64,000 bases of DNA from Patescibacteria group bacterium (GCA_044868145.1 JBIOWE010000004.1:137395-201394); one strand, 5' to 3'. Counted from the stretch's first letter, positions 18,576 to 28,145 are shown. Notes: generated from the letters alone by a model not told the origin. Program-made: numbers and translations.

Positions 18576-18804
18576 AAACTAGAGACAAAAAGAGGGGTCC
18601 CCACGTATTGGATGCGCAGTGAAGCGAGCACCAATACGTGGGGAAAGGGGCGCGCGTGCGGAGGCTGGAGCGAAGCCGACAACTTCGGATACGCGCAAGC
18701 TGGAGCACGCGATGACCCGCAGGCCGTTGCCAGAATTGCCAAAAGTCGCTTTCATGTATGAAAGCGACTTTTGATTTTAGAAGGCGAATGGTACACTACA
18801 AGAT

Positions 18805-20058
18805 ATGTCGGAACATATTATCGATCTGCACGTGCACTCAAAGTACTCGCGTGCGGTTTCGCAAAAGATGGACTTGGAGAACATGCAGCTCTGGGCGAAG
18901 AAAAAAGGCATCGGTGTTATCTCGACATCGGACTTTACGCATCCCGCATGGTTTGCCGAGCTAAAAAAGAAACTCACGCAAAACGATCGTGGGCTTTTTT
19001 CATTAAAAGAAGGCGCTGATCCAGCGGTTTCGTTTTTTTTGACGACAGAAATTTCCTGCATCTACTCGCAAGGCGGACGGGTGCGTAGAATTCATATTGT
19101 GGTAGTAGCTCCAACGCTTGAGATTGTGGAAAAAATCAACGGTAAACTGAACGCCATTGGCAACTTGAAAGCCGACGGACGTCCCATTCTCGGACTCAAC
19201 GCAAAGGAGCTAGCGAAAATCGTACTCGGCGTTTCTCAGGAATGCCTGATCATTCCCGCGCATGCGTGGACACCCTGGTTTTCGCTGTTTGGCTCGGAGT
19301 CAGGTTTTGATTCGATTAATGAGTGCTTTGGCGATTTATCTCCGCAGATTTATGCACTCGAAACCGGGCTTTCATCTGACCCCGCCATGAACTGGCGCCT
19401 GTCGCAAGTGGATCGCTTGAATATCGTGTCGTCATCAGACGCGCACTCCCCTGCCAATCTTGGCCGGGAAGCGACCGTGCTCGAGCTCAACGAGCTAACG
19501 CACACAAACATCGTGGAAGCGATCAAAACCCACGGCAAACGAAATCATATCGCGTACACCATTGAATTTTTCCCGGAAGAGGGCAAGTACCATTGGGACG
19601 GTCATCGTAACTGCAAAAAACGCATGGCCCCAAAAGAAACGATAAAACTGAGAGGCATTTGTCCGGTGTGTAAAAAACCGCTTACCGTGGGTGTTATGCA
19701 TCGCGTGGAAAAACTCGCGGATCGCGAAGAAGGCTACACGTCAAAGAATCGCCCGCCATTCAAAAGCTTGGTGCCATTGGAAGAAATCATCGGTGAGGCG
19801 TTCGGTCAAAAAAAGGGCACGAAAAAAGTGCTCGCGGAATACGAACGAATCGTACAAGTGAAAAACGAGTTTGACGTCTTATTGCACGTGCCGCTTGAAG
19901 AATTGCAAACATTCTGCGATCCGATGGTCGTTGAAGGCATTAAGCGCGTTCGTGCAAAAAAATTGACCATCCTGCCAGGGTACGACGGCGTATATGGTAC
20001 AGTAAAAGTATTCAGCGAAAAGGAACGAACAAACAAAAAACAAGAAAGTTTATTTTAA
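18805..20058 (+). CDS. Endonuclease Q-family PHP/zinc-finger protein
   Basis: DLHVHSKYSRA, PAHAWTPW, SDAHS, GKYH.DGHR.C, CPVC. Confidence 0.88.
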   Translation: MSEHIIDLHVHSKYSRAVSQKMDLENMQLWAKKKGIGVISTSDFTHPAWFAELKKKLTQNDRGLFSLKEGADPAVSFFLTTEISCIYSQGGRVRRIHIVVVAPTLEIVEKINGKLNAIGNLKADGRPILGLNAKELAKIVLGVSQECLIIPAHAWTPWFSLFGSESGFDSINECFGDLSPQIYALETGLSSDPAMNWRLSQVDRLNIVSSSDAHSPANLGREATVLELNELTHTNIVEAIKTHGKRNHIAYTIEFFPEEGKYHWDGHRNCKKRMAPKETIKLRGICPVCKKPLTVGVMHRVEKLADREEGYTSKNRPPFKSLVPLEEIIGEAFGQKKGTKKVLAEYERIVQVKNEFDVLLHVPLEELQTFCDPMVVEGIKRVRAKKLTILPGYDGVYGTVKVFSEKERTNKKQESLF

Positions 20059-20059
20059 T

Positions 20060-21529
20060 ATGCAAAGCAATCAAAAAAATATTCTAAGGCTCATTGTCGG
20101 CGCAATCATGATTTTTTCTGCAATGCCCGTAACTCCGGTCAAGGGCCAGGAAGTGCGTTCGATTACGTTTCCGGTGCTCGGATCAAACAGATTCGGCGAT
20201 GACTTTGGCGATCCGCGCTCCGGCGGCCGGGTCCATGAAGGTAACGACATCTTTGGCTTCAAGGGCCAACCGCTTCTCGCTACGGTGGATGGCACGCTCA
20301 GGTCCGTCCCTTACCCCGAGCCTTATTGGGGATACGCCATTACCATTGAAGACGAGGATGGGTATGCGTATGTCTATTACCACGTGAATAACGATACACC
20401 GGGAACCGACGACGGACTCGGTGGTGGGATGAATGCCTATGCGCCTGATATGGAGCGCGGTAATCCCGTTGTCGCGGGCCAGATTATCGGATGGATGGGC
20501 GATAGCGGTAATGCCGAAGGAACGGCCCCACATTTACACTTCGAGATACGCACGCCTAATTACACACCTATCAACCCCTATGAATCCCTGTTGGCGGCCC
20601 AACACGTCAGTCGAGCGACCATTCCCCCGCCGCTTCCCGGTGAACTCCTACCTTTCGGCGAATTCCGAGGCGGTGCGCGCATAGCTGTCGGTGACGTTCA
20701 TCCGACCGCTGGCGAGGAGCTCGTCGTCGGTGCTGGCCCGGGCGGTGGGCCGCAAGTGCGCATCTATGATAGCCAGAATCAACTCCTAAGCCAATTCTTC
20801 GCGCTGCCGACCACGTTTCGAGGAGGCGTAGACGTTGCCACGGGTGATGTTGATGGCGATGGACTCTCCGAGATTATTGTTGGCAATGGCCCGGGAGCCG
20901 ATCCGGAAGTACGCGTTTTTAAAAGTGACGGCACGCTTGTGTCTATGTTCCTCGCGTATCCAAGCGGTCTTCGTACCGGCATTAGCGTTGCGTCAGCAGA
21001 TTTGAATTTCGACGGCAAGGCAGACATAGTCACTGCACCAAGCCGCGGTGCTGGACCGCTCGTGCGCATCTTTAACGCGGACGGAACGGTGCTTGGCCAG
21101 TTCTTCGCGTACAGCCAAACGTTCCGCGGCGGCGTGGACGTTGCCGCGGTTGACGCGACGACTGAATCAGACGCCGCGATCATCACAGGCGCAGGGACAA
21201 CCGGTGGCCCGCACGTCCGCATCTTTAGTCCGAAAGCCGTACTCATGGGTCAGTTCATGGCTTACGACCCTGCGTTTCGCGGTGGCGTGCGCGTAACTGC
21301 CGGCAACATTCAAAACAACAACGAAGCGCCAGAGATTGCGGTTGCTCCCTTGTCCGGCGGCGGCCCGAACGTGCGCATCTATAATCTACAAGCGCAACTC
21401 ACGGGGTACTACACGCGGGAATTCGAAATCTGGTGGCGCGGGGGCTACGACGTTGCCGCTGGCGACAGCTCGCTCCGCATTTCCGCGGTTGGCGGACGGC
21501 GCGCGTCGGTCCGAGTGCTCACGGAGTAG
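20060..21529 (+). CDS. Secreted M23 peptidase with FG-GAP-like repeats
   Basis: HEGND and HLH motifs; repeated FRGGV.VA.GD..GDG..EI...GPG.GP.VRIF units. Confidence 0.88.
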   Translation: MQSNQKNILRLIVGAIMIFSAMPVTPVKGQEVRSITFPVLGSNRFGDDFGDPRSGGRVHEGNDIFGFKGQPLLATVDGTLRSVPYPEPYWGYAITIEDEDGYAYVYYHVNNDTPGTDDGLGGGMNAYAPDMERGNPVVAGQIIGWMGDSGNAEGTAPHLHFEIRTPNYTPINPYESLLAAQHVSRATIPPPLPGELLPFGEFRGGARIAVGDVHPTAGEELVVGAGPGGGPQVRIYDSQNQLLSQFFALPTTFRGGVDVATGDVDGDGLSEIIVGNGPGADPEVRVFKSDGTLVSMFLAYPSGLRTGISVASADLNFDGKADIVTAPSRGAGPLVRIFNADGTVLGQFFAYSQTFRGGVDVAAVDATTESDAAIITGAGTTGGPHVRIFSPKAVLMGQFMAYDPAFRGGVRVTAGNIQNNNEAPEIAVAPLSGGGPNVRIYNLQAQLTGYYTREFEIWWRGGYDVAAGDSSLRISAVGGRRASVRVLTE

Positions 21530-21579
21530 CATTGCTTGACGTGGTTAGTGTGGTGCACTATTGTTAGTACGCTTCATCA

Positions 21580-21639
21580 GTCATCCTGAACTCGTTTCAG
21601 GATCTCCCAATGGAGATGCCGAAACAAGTTCGGCATGAC
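21580..21639. repeat. GTCAT...ATGAC double-palindrome element
   Basis: GTCATCCTGAACTCGTTTCAGGATCTCCC-AAT-GGAGATGCCGAAACAAGTTCGGCATGAC. Confidence 0.85.
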
Positions 21640-21644
21640 GGCGT

Positions 21645-21736
21645 GGTGGGATGCCAGAGCCCGGTTGAATGGGCCGCACTCGAAATGCGGTATACCCGTA
21701 AGGGTATCGGGGGTTCAAATCCCTCTCCCACCGCCA
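21645..21736 (+). tRNA. tRNA-Ser(CGA)
   Basis: GGTGGGA/TCCCACC acceptor, CCGCA-CTCGAAA-TGCGG, long variable arm, G-CCA end. Confidence 0.95.
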
Positions 21737-21834
21737 GAAATTCTTAATATTGAATACAATTCAAATGGCAAGCATCAGGCAACTCTGTTCGAGCTCTTAG
21801 CTTCCTTCGAACAGGCATTGTTGAAACTAATAAT

Positions 21835-21987
21835 ATGTTTGCGCGCATTGTTGATTTCATAAAGAATATATTGGGGTCAGGATTTATTCTATTCTATGCG
21901 GGAGGATTTCTTATTATACTCATTTTTTGGATTCGAGCATTTATTCGGCGTCGAAAACATCCAAAGCATTGGCCGCCCGACGTGTAG
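21835..21987 (+). CDS. Putative 50-aa single-TM protein
   Basis: Manual translation: MFARIVDFIKNILGSGFILFYAGGFLIILIFWIRAFIRRRKHPKHWPPDV; below the ORF-track cutoff. Confidence 0.5.
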   Translation: MFARIVDFIKNILGSGFILFYAGGFLIILIFWIRAFIRRRKHPKHWPPDV

Positions 21988-22143
21988 TTTTACTGAGTTG
22001 GGGACCGAAGGTGACGGCAATTAGCGGGAAAGTAGATGTCGTTCCCTATAAAAAGTTTTTCTACAGAGATTCCACTAATCCATACTCGAATGTGTTGATA
22101 TGATTTGAGAATACCAATATCGGAATTATCTTGGAAAATAATA

Positions 22144-22617
22144 ATGCCCAATAAAGCAGTTAAAAAACTTTTTAACTATTGGTTCGAACGCGGAAATCAA
22201 GAAGAGTCATGGGAGGATGGGATAAAATTTTTCTATTTTTATCTTAGTTTCAACATAGCCATAGCGTACCTTTCACAAGAAAATCACGACAAGGACATGT
22301 TGAATTGGCTTAAGAATCATCCGAATTCAATTGAGAAAGCTTTTAGGCGCCGCCTAGAATCAGCAGAATTTCTAAAGCAATTAAATATTTTAAAAGGGTT
22401 AGCTCCGATTAAAGATAATCGGCCGAAAAGTCAAGAAGAAAAACCCATAGATTCTGTTACAAACTTTGATCAAATTTTAGGGGCTATTTATCAAGTTCGA
22501 TGTAACTTTTTTCACGGAAGCCAAGTCCTAAATTATTCAAAAGACCAAAGTATTATTCAATGCTCAACATATATTCTGAAATATTGGATGGAAGTTTTGT
22601 ATACCAGAGGTTTTTAG
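22144..22617 (+). CDS. HEPN-like domain protein
   Basis: YLSFN N-terminal motif and IYQVRCNFFHG (RxxxxH); AT-rich. Confidence 0.7.
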   Translation: MPNKAVKKLFNYWFERGNQEESWEDGIKFFYFYLSFNIAIAYLSQENHDKDMLNWLKNHPNSIEKAFRRRLESAEFLKQLNILKGLAPIKDNRPKSQEEKPIDSVTNFDQILGAIYQVRCNFFHGSQVLNYSKDQSIIQCSTYILKYWMEVLYTRGF

Positions 22618-22771
22618 AGAACTATTATCCATGTACCTCAAACCGTGCCCTAAAAAACTTATTATTCTTGCACTGGTTGGATACCTAACTCGAATGGCAC
22701 GCCAGCATTCTTGATCCGGTACAACAACAGTGAGGAAAATTCCCCACTAACCTGACCATCTTCCAAAAAAA

Positions 22772-24061
22772 ATTATCTCAACAAAGCAAAAAACAAACGT
22801 CCTCATTGTTGGAGCGGGTTGTGCGGGGCTTATGGCCGCGTATGAGCTTGGGAAATCCGGAAAAAAGGTAATGATACTCGAGGCGCGCGAGAGAATTGGC
22901 GGGCGCGTTTGGGCTCTTCCGGAAGAACTCTTTGGCTACCACGCGCAAGCAGGCGCGGAGTTTGTTCATGGGAACGCGCCAATAACAAAGTCCATCGCCA
23001 ACAAGGCGGGCGCGACGCTCATACCGATGCAGGGTGATAGGTGGAGTTCAATCAATGGAACACTCTCTCCGAATCAAGAGCTCGGGCGCGACTGGGGCTT
23101 GTTGCATCAAAAACTCAAGGAGTTGCACCATGATATGCCGATTGTGGAATTTCTAGAGAAATATTTCGCAGATGAAAAATTTGCCGATCTTCGAACGTCG
23201 ATCATCAGAATGGTCGAAGGATATGATGCCGCAGACCCTTATCGTATCAGCACGTTTACGCTCCGCGATGAATGGCTGGGCGGCAAAGAATGGATACAGT
23301 ATCGGATAAAAGAGGGCTACGGCGTGTTGCTGAAATTTCTTGAATCAGAATGTAAAAAATATCGCACTGAAATTCATTTGAACACGGTTGTCAAAACAAT
23401 AGAGAAAAATAAGAACGACGTAACCGTGCGCACGCTGAACGGTGACTCATATAGCGCAGAGAAAGTTATCGTAACCGTTCCGTTACCCGTATTGCAAAGT
23501 ATCAAGTTTTCTCCGGACATCCCGGAAAAGCGAAAAGCCTCTGAACAGATGGGATTCGGCAATGTCATAAAAATTCTTCTTCGATTCAAGCGCCAGTGGT
23601 GGGTGAATGTTGCGGGCAAAGATCTCGCTGCAATGAACTTTATCTTTTCAAACGAACGAGTGCCGGTGTGGTGGACGCAGTATCCCGATCCTGTTCCCCT
23701 GCTCACTGGCTGGCTCGCTGGCCCAAAAACAAAAAGGTTTATCAAGAGCTCGCACGAAGACATCATTGAAGCATCTTTCGTTTCTCTTGCAAATATGTTT
23801 TCGATGCAGAAAGAGTCTATTAAAAAAGAGCTTACCTATTCAGGGGTGTACGATTGGTCAACCGACCAATTTGCCAAAGGCGCCTACAGCTACGACACGA
23901 CCGAATCGCAATCAGCTCGTAATGCGTTGGTTCGACCTATCGGAAACGCGATCTTCTTCGCCGGCGAGGCGTTGTACAGTGGACAGGACTCCGCGACGGT
24001 TGAAGGGGCGCTGGCGAGCGGACAAGAAGTGGCGCGGAGAATGTACCCAAAAATGACTTAG
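22772..24061 (+). CDS. Flavin monoamine oxidase family protein (start uncertain)
   Basis: VLIVGAGCAGLMAA lies upstream of the first ATG (22832); ILEARERIGGR, GAEFVHG, FFAGEA, TVEGALASG. Confidence 0.85.
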   Translation: MISTKQKTNVLIVGAGCAGLMAAYELGKSGKKVMILEARERIGGRVWALPEELFGYHAQAGAEFVHGNAPITKSIANKAGATLIPMQGDRWSSINGTLSPNQELGRDWGLLHQKLKELHHDMPIVEFLEKYFADEKFADLRTSIIRMVEGYDAADPYRISTFTLRDEWLGGKEWIQYRIKEGYGVLLKFLESECKKYRTEIHLNTVVKTIEKNKNDVTVRTLNGDSYSAEKVIVTVPLPVLQSIKFSPDIPEKRKASEQMGFGNVIKILLRFKRQWWVNVAGKDLAAMNFIFSNERVPVWWTQYPDPVPLLTGWLAGPKTKRFIKSSHEDIIEASFVSLANMFSMQKESIKKELTYSGVYDWSTDQFAKGAYSYDTTESQSARNALVRPIGNAIFFAGEALYSGQDSATVEGALASGQEVARRMYPKMT

Positions 24062-24073
24062 CCGTGAAATTTA

Positions 24074-24523
24074 ATGGAAATCATCAAAAAATATAAAGTG
24101 TTGCTTGTCCTCGCTCTCATAGTGATTGTTGGTGTTGTTTTCTTTTTTTCTCGTCTTTATCATAATGACGTGAGAGCACTCACAGATTTTGTAGCTTCCT
24201 ACGAAAAATTCGATAAGACAATGTCAGATTTCTCCATCGGCGGGACTGATGATTTGGAGAGCAAAGCCGGCGATGCTCTGATCGAACTGAATGCAAAAGC
24301 GACTTTTCGACTATCTTCTTTAATCAAACATGATGCACTCATTCCTCCCTTGGCACGTGAGATCGCGGATTTTTCTGCAAAAGAACTCGATACTCTGCGC
24401 GCTTATAAAAGAGCAATACAAAGTGAAAATGCTGATTTGGATGGGTTGGGTAAAGAGTACGACGATTTAATGAACAAAAGAAAAACTGCCTACGCTCGTT
24501 TTCGGGGGCTTGAATCTAAATAA
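24074..24523 (+). CDS. Membrane-anchored helical hypothetical protein
   Basis: N-terminal TM, 149 aa. Confidence 0.7.
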   Translation: MEIIKKYKVLLVLALIVIVGVVFFFSRLYHNDVRALTDFVASYEKFDKTMSDFSIGGTDDLESKAGDALIELNAKATFRLSSLIKHDALIPPLAREIADFSAKELDTLRAYKRAIQSENADLDGLGKEYDDLMNKRKTAYARFRGLESK

Positions 24524-24646
24524 AGAAAAATATTGGCCAAGGCAGGAATATTTTCAAACAGACACCGAGGATTGACGTCGCTCCCTTATCAATGTATAAT
24601 AATAGTAATAGTTTGAGTTTATCAATAAAATTAAAGCACGAAAAAT

Positions 24647-25405
24647 ATGCATTCCTCACGTATTCGTTCTTGGATAATTGGCCTGGTCGTGGCCATTGCG
24701 GTGCTGTCGGTCGCTACTGCGGTCTACGCCACACACGCCTGGGGTCCATACCACTGGGCACGAACGGCAAACCCGTTCACGATCAAACTCGGTGACAACG
24801 TCTCTAGCGCGTGGGACAGCTATCTCGCCACAGCCTCTGCTGACTGGAGCGCGTCGAGCGTTCTGGACACCACGGTTGTCGCCGGCGCGTCAAAAGGGAA
24901 TTGTCGGCCAACAAAAGGGCGAGTGGAAGTGTGCAGCAAAACCTACGGATACAACGGCTGGCTCGGCCTCGCGCAGATCTGGATTGACGCAAACAACCAT
25001 ATTACACAGGGTGTGACGAAGATGAATGACACATACTTCAACACCTCAACGTACAACACGCCTGCCTGGAAGCAGTTCGTGGTCTGCCAGGAAGTCGGTC
25101 ATACCTTTGGTCTTACTCATCAAGATGAGAATTTCAACAACACGAATCTCGGTTCTTGCATGGACTACACGAATGACCCCGATGGTACTCTCTCCGGCCA
25201 GCTCAGTAATTTGCACCCGAACCAACACGACTACGACGAGCTCGTGCTGATCTACTCGCATCTCGACAGCTACACCTCGCTGAGCGCGCTCCTACCTGGT
25301 GGTACGGGAAAGGGCGGTCTGGCGGCCGGTGTCTCTCCTTCTGTCAATGTCCGCGACCTCGGTAATGGCGAGAAGGTCGTAACCTTCATTTACTGGACTC
25401 AATAA
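24647..25405 (+). CDS. Secreted metzincin-like protein
   Basis: Signal peptide; CQEVGHTFGLTH and SCMDY Met-turn; TTGACG-17-TATAAT upstream. Confidence 0.75.
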   Translation: MHSSRIRSWIIGLVVAIAVLSVATAVYATHAWGPYHWARTANPFTIKLGDNVSSAWDSYLATASADWSASSVLDTTVVAGASKGNCRPTKGRVEVCSKTYGYNGWLGLAQIWIDANNHITQGVTKMNDTYFNTSTYNTPAWKQFVVCQEVGHTFGLTHQDENFNNTNLGSCMDYTNDPDGTLSGQLSNLHPNQHDYDELVLIYSHLDSYTSLSALLPGGTGKGGLAAGVSPSVNVRDLGNGEKVVTFIYWTQ

Positions 25406-25481
25406 TAATCCTCATTACCTGACACAGCCCTGACGTAACGTCGGGGCTGTTGTGTTATACTGTCCATACAACCTCTTACTT

Positions 25482-25967
25482 ATGAACAAAAAATCACTCA
25501 TTGTCATTGTCCTCATTGCCGCTGCCGTAACCACCGCGGCCTGGTTTTTTCAGAAGAATACTGCGAAACAAAATGAGAATGGTACGACGAGCGGTCTCTT
25601 TGTGAGCGCGAACGCGATTTACGTCGCGGATCAAATGCCCGCTCGCACGGTGGCGGTAGCGGTTGTACGGCTTGCGCAGCCAGGCTTCGTGGCGATTCAT
25701 CAGGACGTCAATGGTATGCCCGGGAAGATTCTCGGCGTAAGCGGCCTGCTGCTGGCGGGCGAAACAAAGAACCTTCCGCCGATCGCGCTTTCCCGCGAAA
25801 CGGCGAACGACGAGACGTTCTTCGCGATGCTCCATCGCGACGATGGCGATGGCACCTTCGACGAAGCGAAAGACGCCCCGGCGCCTGACTCAACGACCGG
25901 CGAACCCGTGATGATGATGTTCACCGTCAGTGCGGATGCGACCGAACCTGGGGCGGTGACCCTGTAG
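25482..25967 (+). CDS. Membrane-anchored beta-sandwich hypothetical protein
   Basis: TM followed by GFVAIH...ILGVS...AMLH.DDGDG.FD. Confidence 0.75.
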   Translation: MNKKSLIVIVLIAAAVTTAAWFFQKNTAKQNENGTTSGLFVSANAIYVADQMPARTVAVAVVRLAQPGFVAIHQDVNGMPGKILGVSGLLLAGETKNLPPIALSRETANDETFFAMLHRDDGDGTFDEAKDAPAPDSTTGEPVMMMFTVSADATEPGAVTL

Positions 25968-26014
25968 AACCGTCGATTTGGGCGACAGGTTTACGTCGCT
26001 CGCATTTTTTACTA

Positions 26015-26521
26015 ACGAGAAGTACTATCAACGATACCCGACAAAATATACTCATTATCACCCGCGTCTTTGACGCGCCAGTTGAACGCGTTTGGAAGGT
26101 ATGGTCTGACCCGACCGAGATGAAGAAATGGTGGGGGCCGGCGAATTTCACCGCGCCGTCGATCACCATGGATTTCCGTGTCGGCGGGAAATACTTGTAT
26201 TGTATGCACGGCCAGCCCGCGCCGGGTGCGCCGGCGAAAGACTTCTGGAGCACCGGTACCTACAAGGAAATCGTGCCGCTGAAAAAAATCGTCTGCACTG
26301 ACAGCTTTGCCGATGAAAAAGGCAACATCGTACCCGCAACTCACTACGGCATGGGAGATTTCCCGATGGAACTTGAGGTGACTATCATGTTTGAAGAGAT
26401 CCAGGGCGGGAAGACCAAAATGACCTTGCGGCACGTTGGCATGCCCGCTGGCCCAAACAGCGAGGGCGCCACTGCTGGTTGGAACGGGTCGTTTGATAAA
26501 TTGGCGGAGAGTCTCAAATAA
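26015..26521 (+). CDS. SRPBCC/AHA1 domain protein (canonical start missing)
   Basis: IITRVFDAPVERVWKVWSDP lies upstream of the first ATG 26120; WWGP, DFRVGG, GWNGSFDKL. Confidence 0.8.
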   Translation, partial: TRSTINDTRQNILIITRVFDAPVERVWKVWSDPTEMKKWWGPANFTAPSITMDFRVGGKYLYCMHGQPAPGAPAKDFWSTGTYKEIVPLKKIVCTDSFADEKGNIVPATHYGMGDFPMELEVTIMFEEIQGGKTKMTLRHVGMPAGPNSEGATAGWNGSFDKLAESLK

Positions 26522-26579
26522 GTAAGGTTGAATACTGTATCGTGTAAGGCCTCCTAACGCGTTTGCTACATTGATCCTT

Positions 26580-26802
26580 ATGCCGAACGTCGCCCAAACA
26601 TATCGTATATCACAGAGATGGCACGATCTGGGCCAAAGGAAACTTGAAAAGCGGAAAACCCGATGGATATTGGGAGTGGTTTCGGAAAGATGGGACTAAG
26701 ATGCGTTCCGGACATTTTAAAAAGGGCAAGCAAGTTGGCACCTGGATTACCTATGATCAAAAAGGTCACGTGTACAAAACAACACTCATTAATGAAAAAT
26801 AA
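26580..26802 (+). pseudogene. MORN-variant/YwqK-like small protein, ATG out of frame
   Basis: Frame from 26593: PKHIVYHRDGTIWAKGNLKSGKPDGYWEWFRKDGTKMRSGHFKKGKQVGTWITYD. ATG 26580 is in another frame. Confidence 0.65.
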
Positions 26803-26821
26803 TAATTAAATGAGGAACTCC

Positions 26822-27334
26822 ATGTCTCGCTACGCGAGATCTGGCGAAGCCAGACAAAAAATCACACCGCATTTATGGTTCGATACACAAGCCGAAGAAG
26901 CGGCCAATTTTTATACGTCAATCTTCAAGAATTCAAAGATTAAAAACATAGCCCGCTATCCGAAAGCGGCTGAGGAAGTGTCGGGAAAGAAAACCGGATC
27001 CGCCATGACGGTAGCGTTTACGCTTGAGGGTCAAGACTTCGTGGCACTGAATGGCGGTCCAGTATTCAAATTTAATGAATCGATTTCGTTCATCGTGAAC
27101 TGCGCATCGCAAGAAGAAGTGGACTACTATTGGGAGAAGCTCTCCGCAGATCCAAAGGCAGAACAATGTGGCTGGCTGAAGGACAAATACGGTGTGTCAT
27201 GGCAAATCGTTCCGAGCGCGTTAAGCGAAATGCTCAAAGCTAATGACCCGAAGAAATCAGAAAATGTGATGGCAGCCTTGTTGAAAATGAAAAAACTTGA
27301 CATTAAAACATTACAACAAGCATATGATCAATAA
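26822..27334 (+). CDS. VOC/PhnB-like (3-demethylubiquinone-9 3-methyltransferase domain) protein
   Basis: QKITPHLWF, ALNGGP.FKFNESISF, QCGWLKDKYGVSWQIVP. Confidence 0.92.
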   Translation: MSRYARSGEARQKITPHLWFDTQAEEAANFYTSIFKNSKIKNIARYPKAAEEVSGKKTGSAMTVAFTLEGQDFVALNGGPVFKFNESISFIVNCASQEEVDYYWEKLSADPKAEQCGWLKDKYGVSWQIVPSALSEMLKANDPKKSENVMAALLKMKKLDIKTLQQAYDQ

Positions 27335-27348
27335 TAAAGGTTATATCT

Positions 27349-27744
27349 ATGGCTAACCCAAAAGGCACCAAGCAGAATCCTTGGAAACTCAAAACCCCAC
27401 CCGGGACATCCAAATACACCATCTATCAAGACGGCGATGTACTGGTCTGCACCGTTGGCAAAACGGTCTTGCAGTATGACGCCCGGTGCATCAAGGACCT
27501 GCACGCCATGTTAAAAAAGCACGGCGACTGGATGGAGCTTGGCGCGGCGGATGAACAGAAACCGACCAAATCCTGGACCGTCGAAGGTTGGGCTCGGCAC
27601 TCGAAAAATCCGATCGGTGGGTGGTACGGCCTGAAGAAGGGTTTGCGCGGACGCTTCGCGATGTACATCCCGCCTCTCTTGGAAGCAATAGGCCTGGCTG
27701 AAGTCGAACACAATCCGCGTAACAACCGCATGCGAGCAAAATAA
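27349..27744 (+). CDS. Conserved hypothetical protein (DUF6855-like)
   Basis: PWKLKTPPGTS...GWYGLKKGLRGRF...NNRMRA. Confidence 0.75.
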   Translation: MANPKGTKQNPWKLKTPPGTSKYTIYQDGDVLVCTVGKTVLQYDARCIKDLHAMLKKHGDWMELGAADEQKPTKSWTVEGWARHSKNPIGGWYGLKKGLRGRFAMYIPPLLEAIGLAEVEHNPRNNRMRAK

Positions 27745-27748
27745 GTTC

Positions 27749-28132
27749 ATGAGCAAACTCGCTTCAAAGAATGGTAAAAAAGATATTGATGCATATATTG
27801 CCAAAGTGTCACCTGCGGCCCGGCCGATGTTGAAAAAAATTCGAGCGGCGATCAAAGCAGCGGCGCCGCAAGCCGAGGAGCGAATCAGCTATGGCATGCC
27901 CTACTATGGGTACCGAGGACGACTGGCGTACTTCGCGGCGTTTACGAACCATGTCAGTCTATTTGCCGTGCCTAGTCGAAAAATCCAAGCGACGTTTTCG
28001 CTACAACTCAAGCCATATCAAACAGGAAAGTCTACCTTGCAATTTCCGATTGGGTCAAAAGTGCCAGTTGTGCTCATACAGAAGCTTGTCAAAGCGCGCA
28101 TCAAAGAGAACATGGAAAAAAGAAAGGCATAA
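27749..28132 (+). CDS. DUF1801/YdhG family protein
   Basis: IDAYI...AEERISYGMP...GKSTLQFP. Confidence 0.85.
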   Translation: MSKLASKNGKKDIDAYIAKVSPAARPMLKKIRAAIKAAAPQAEERISYGMPYYGYRGRLAYFAAFTNHVSLFAVPSRKIQATFSLQLKPYQTGKSTLQFPIGSKVPVVLIQKLVKARIKENMEKRKA

Positions 28133-28145
28133 AGGCCGCAAAGAT

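Noticed and set aside
27891-28145. Long N-terminal extension of the 27891-28871 ORF
   Set aside because: Overlaps the DUF1801 gene; the signal-like sequence begins at ATG 28146.
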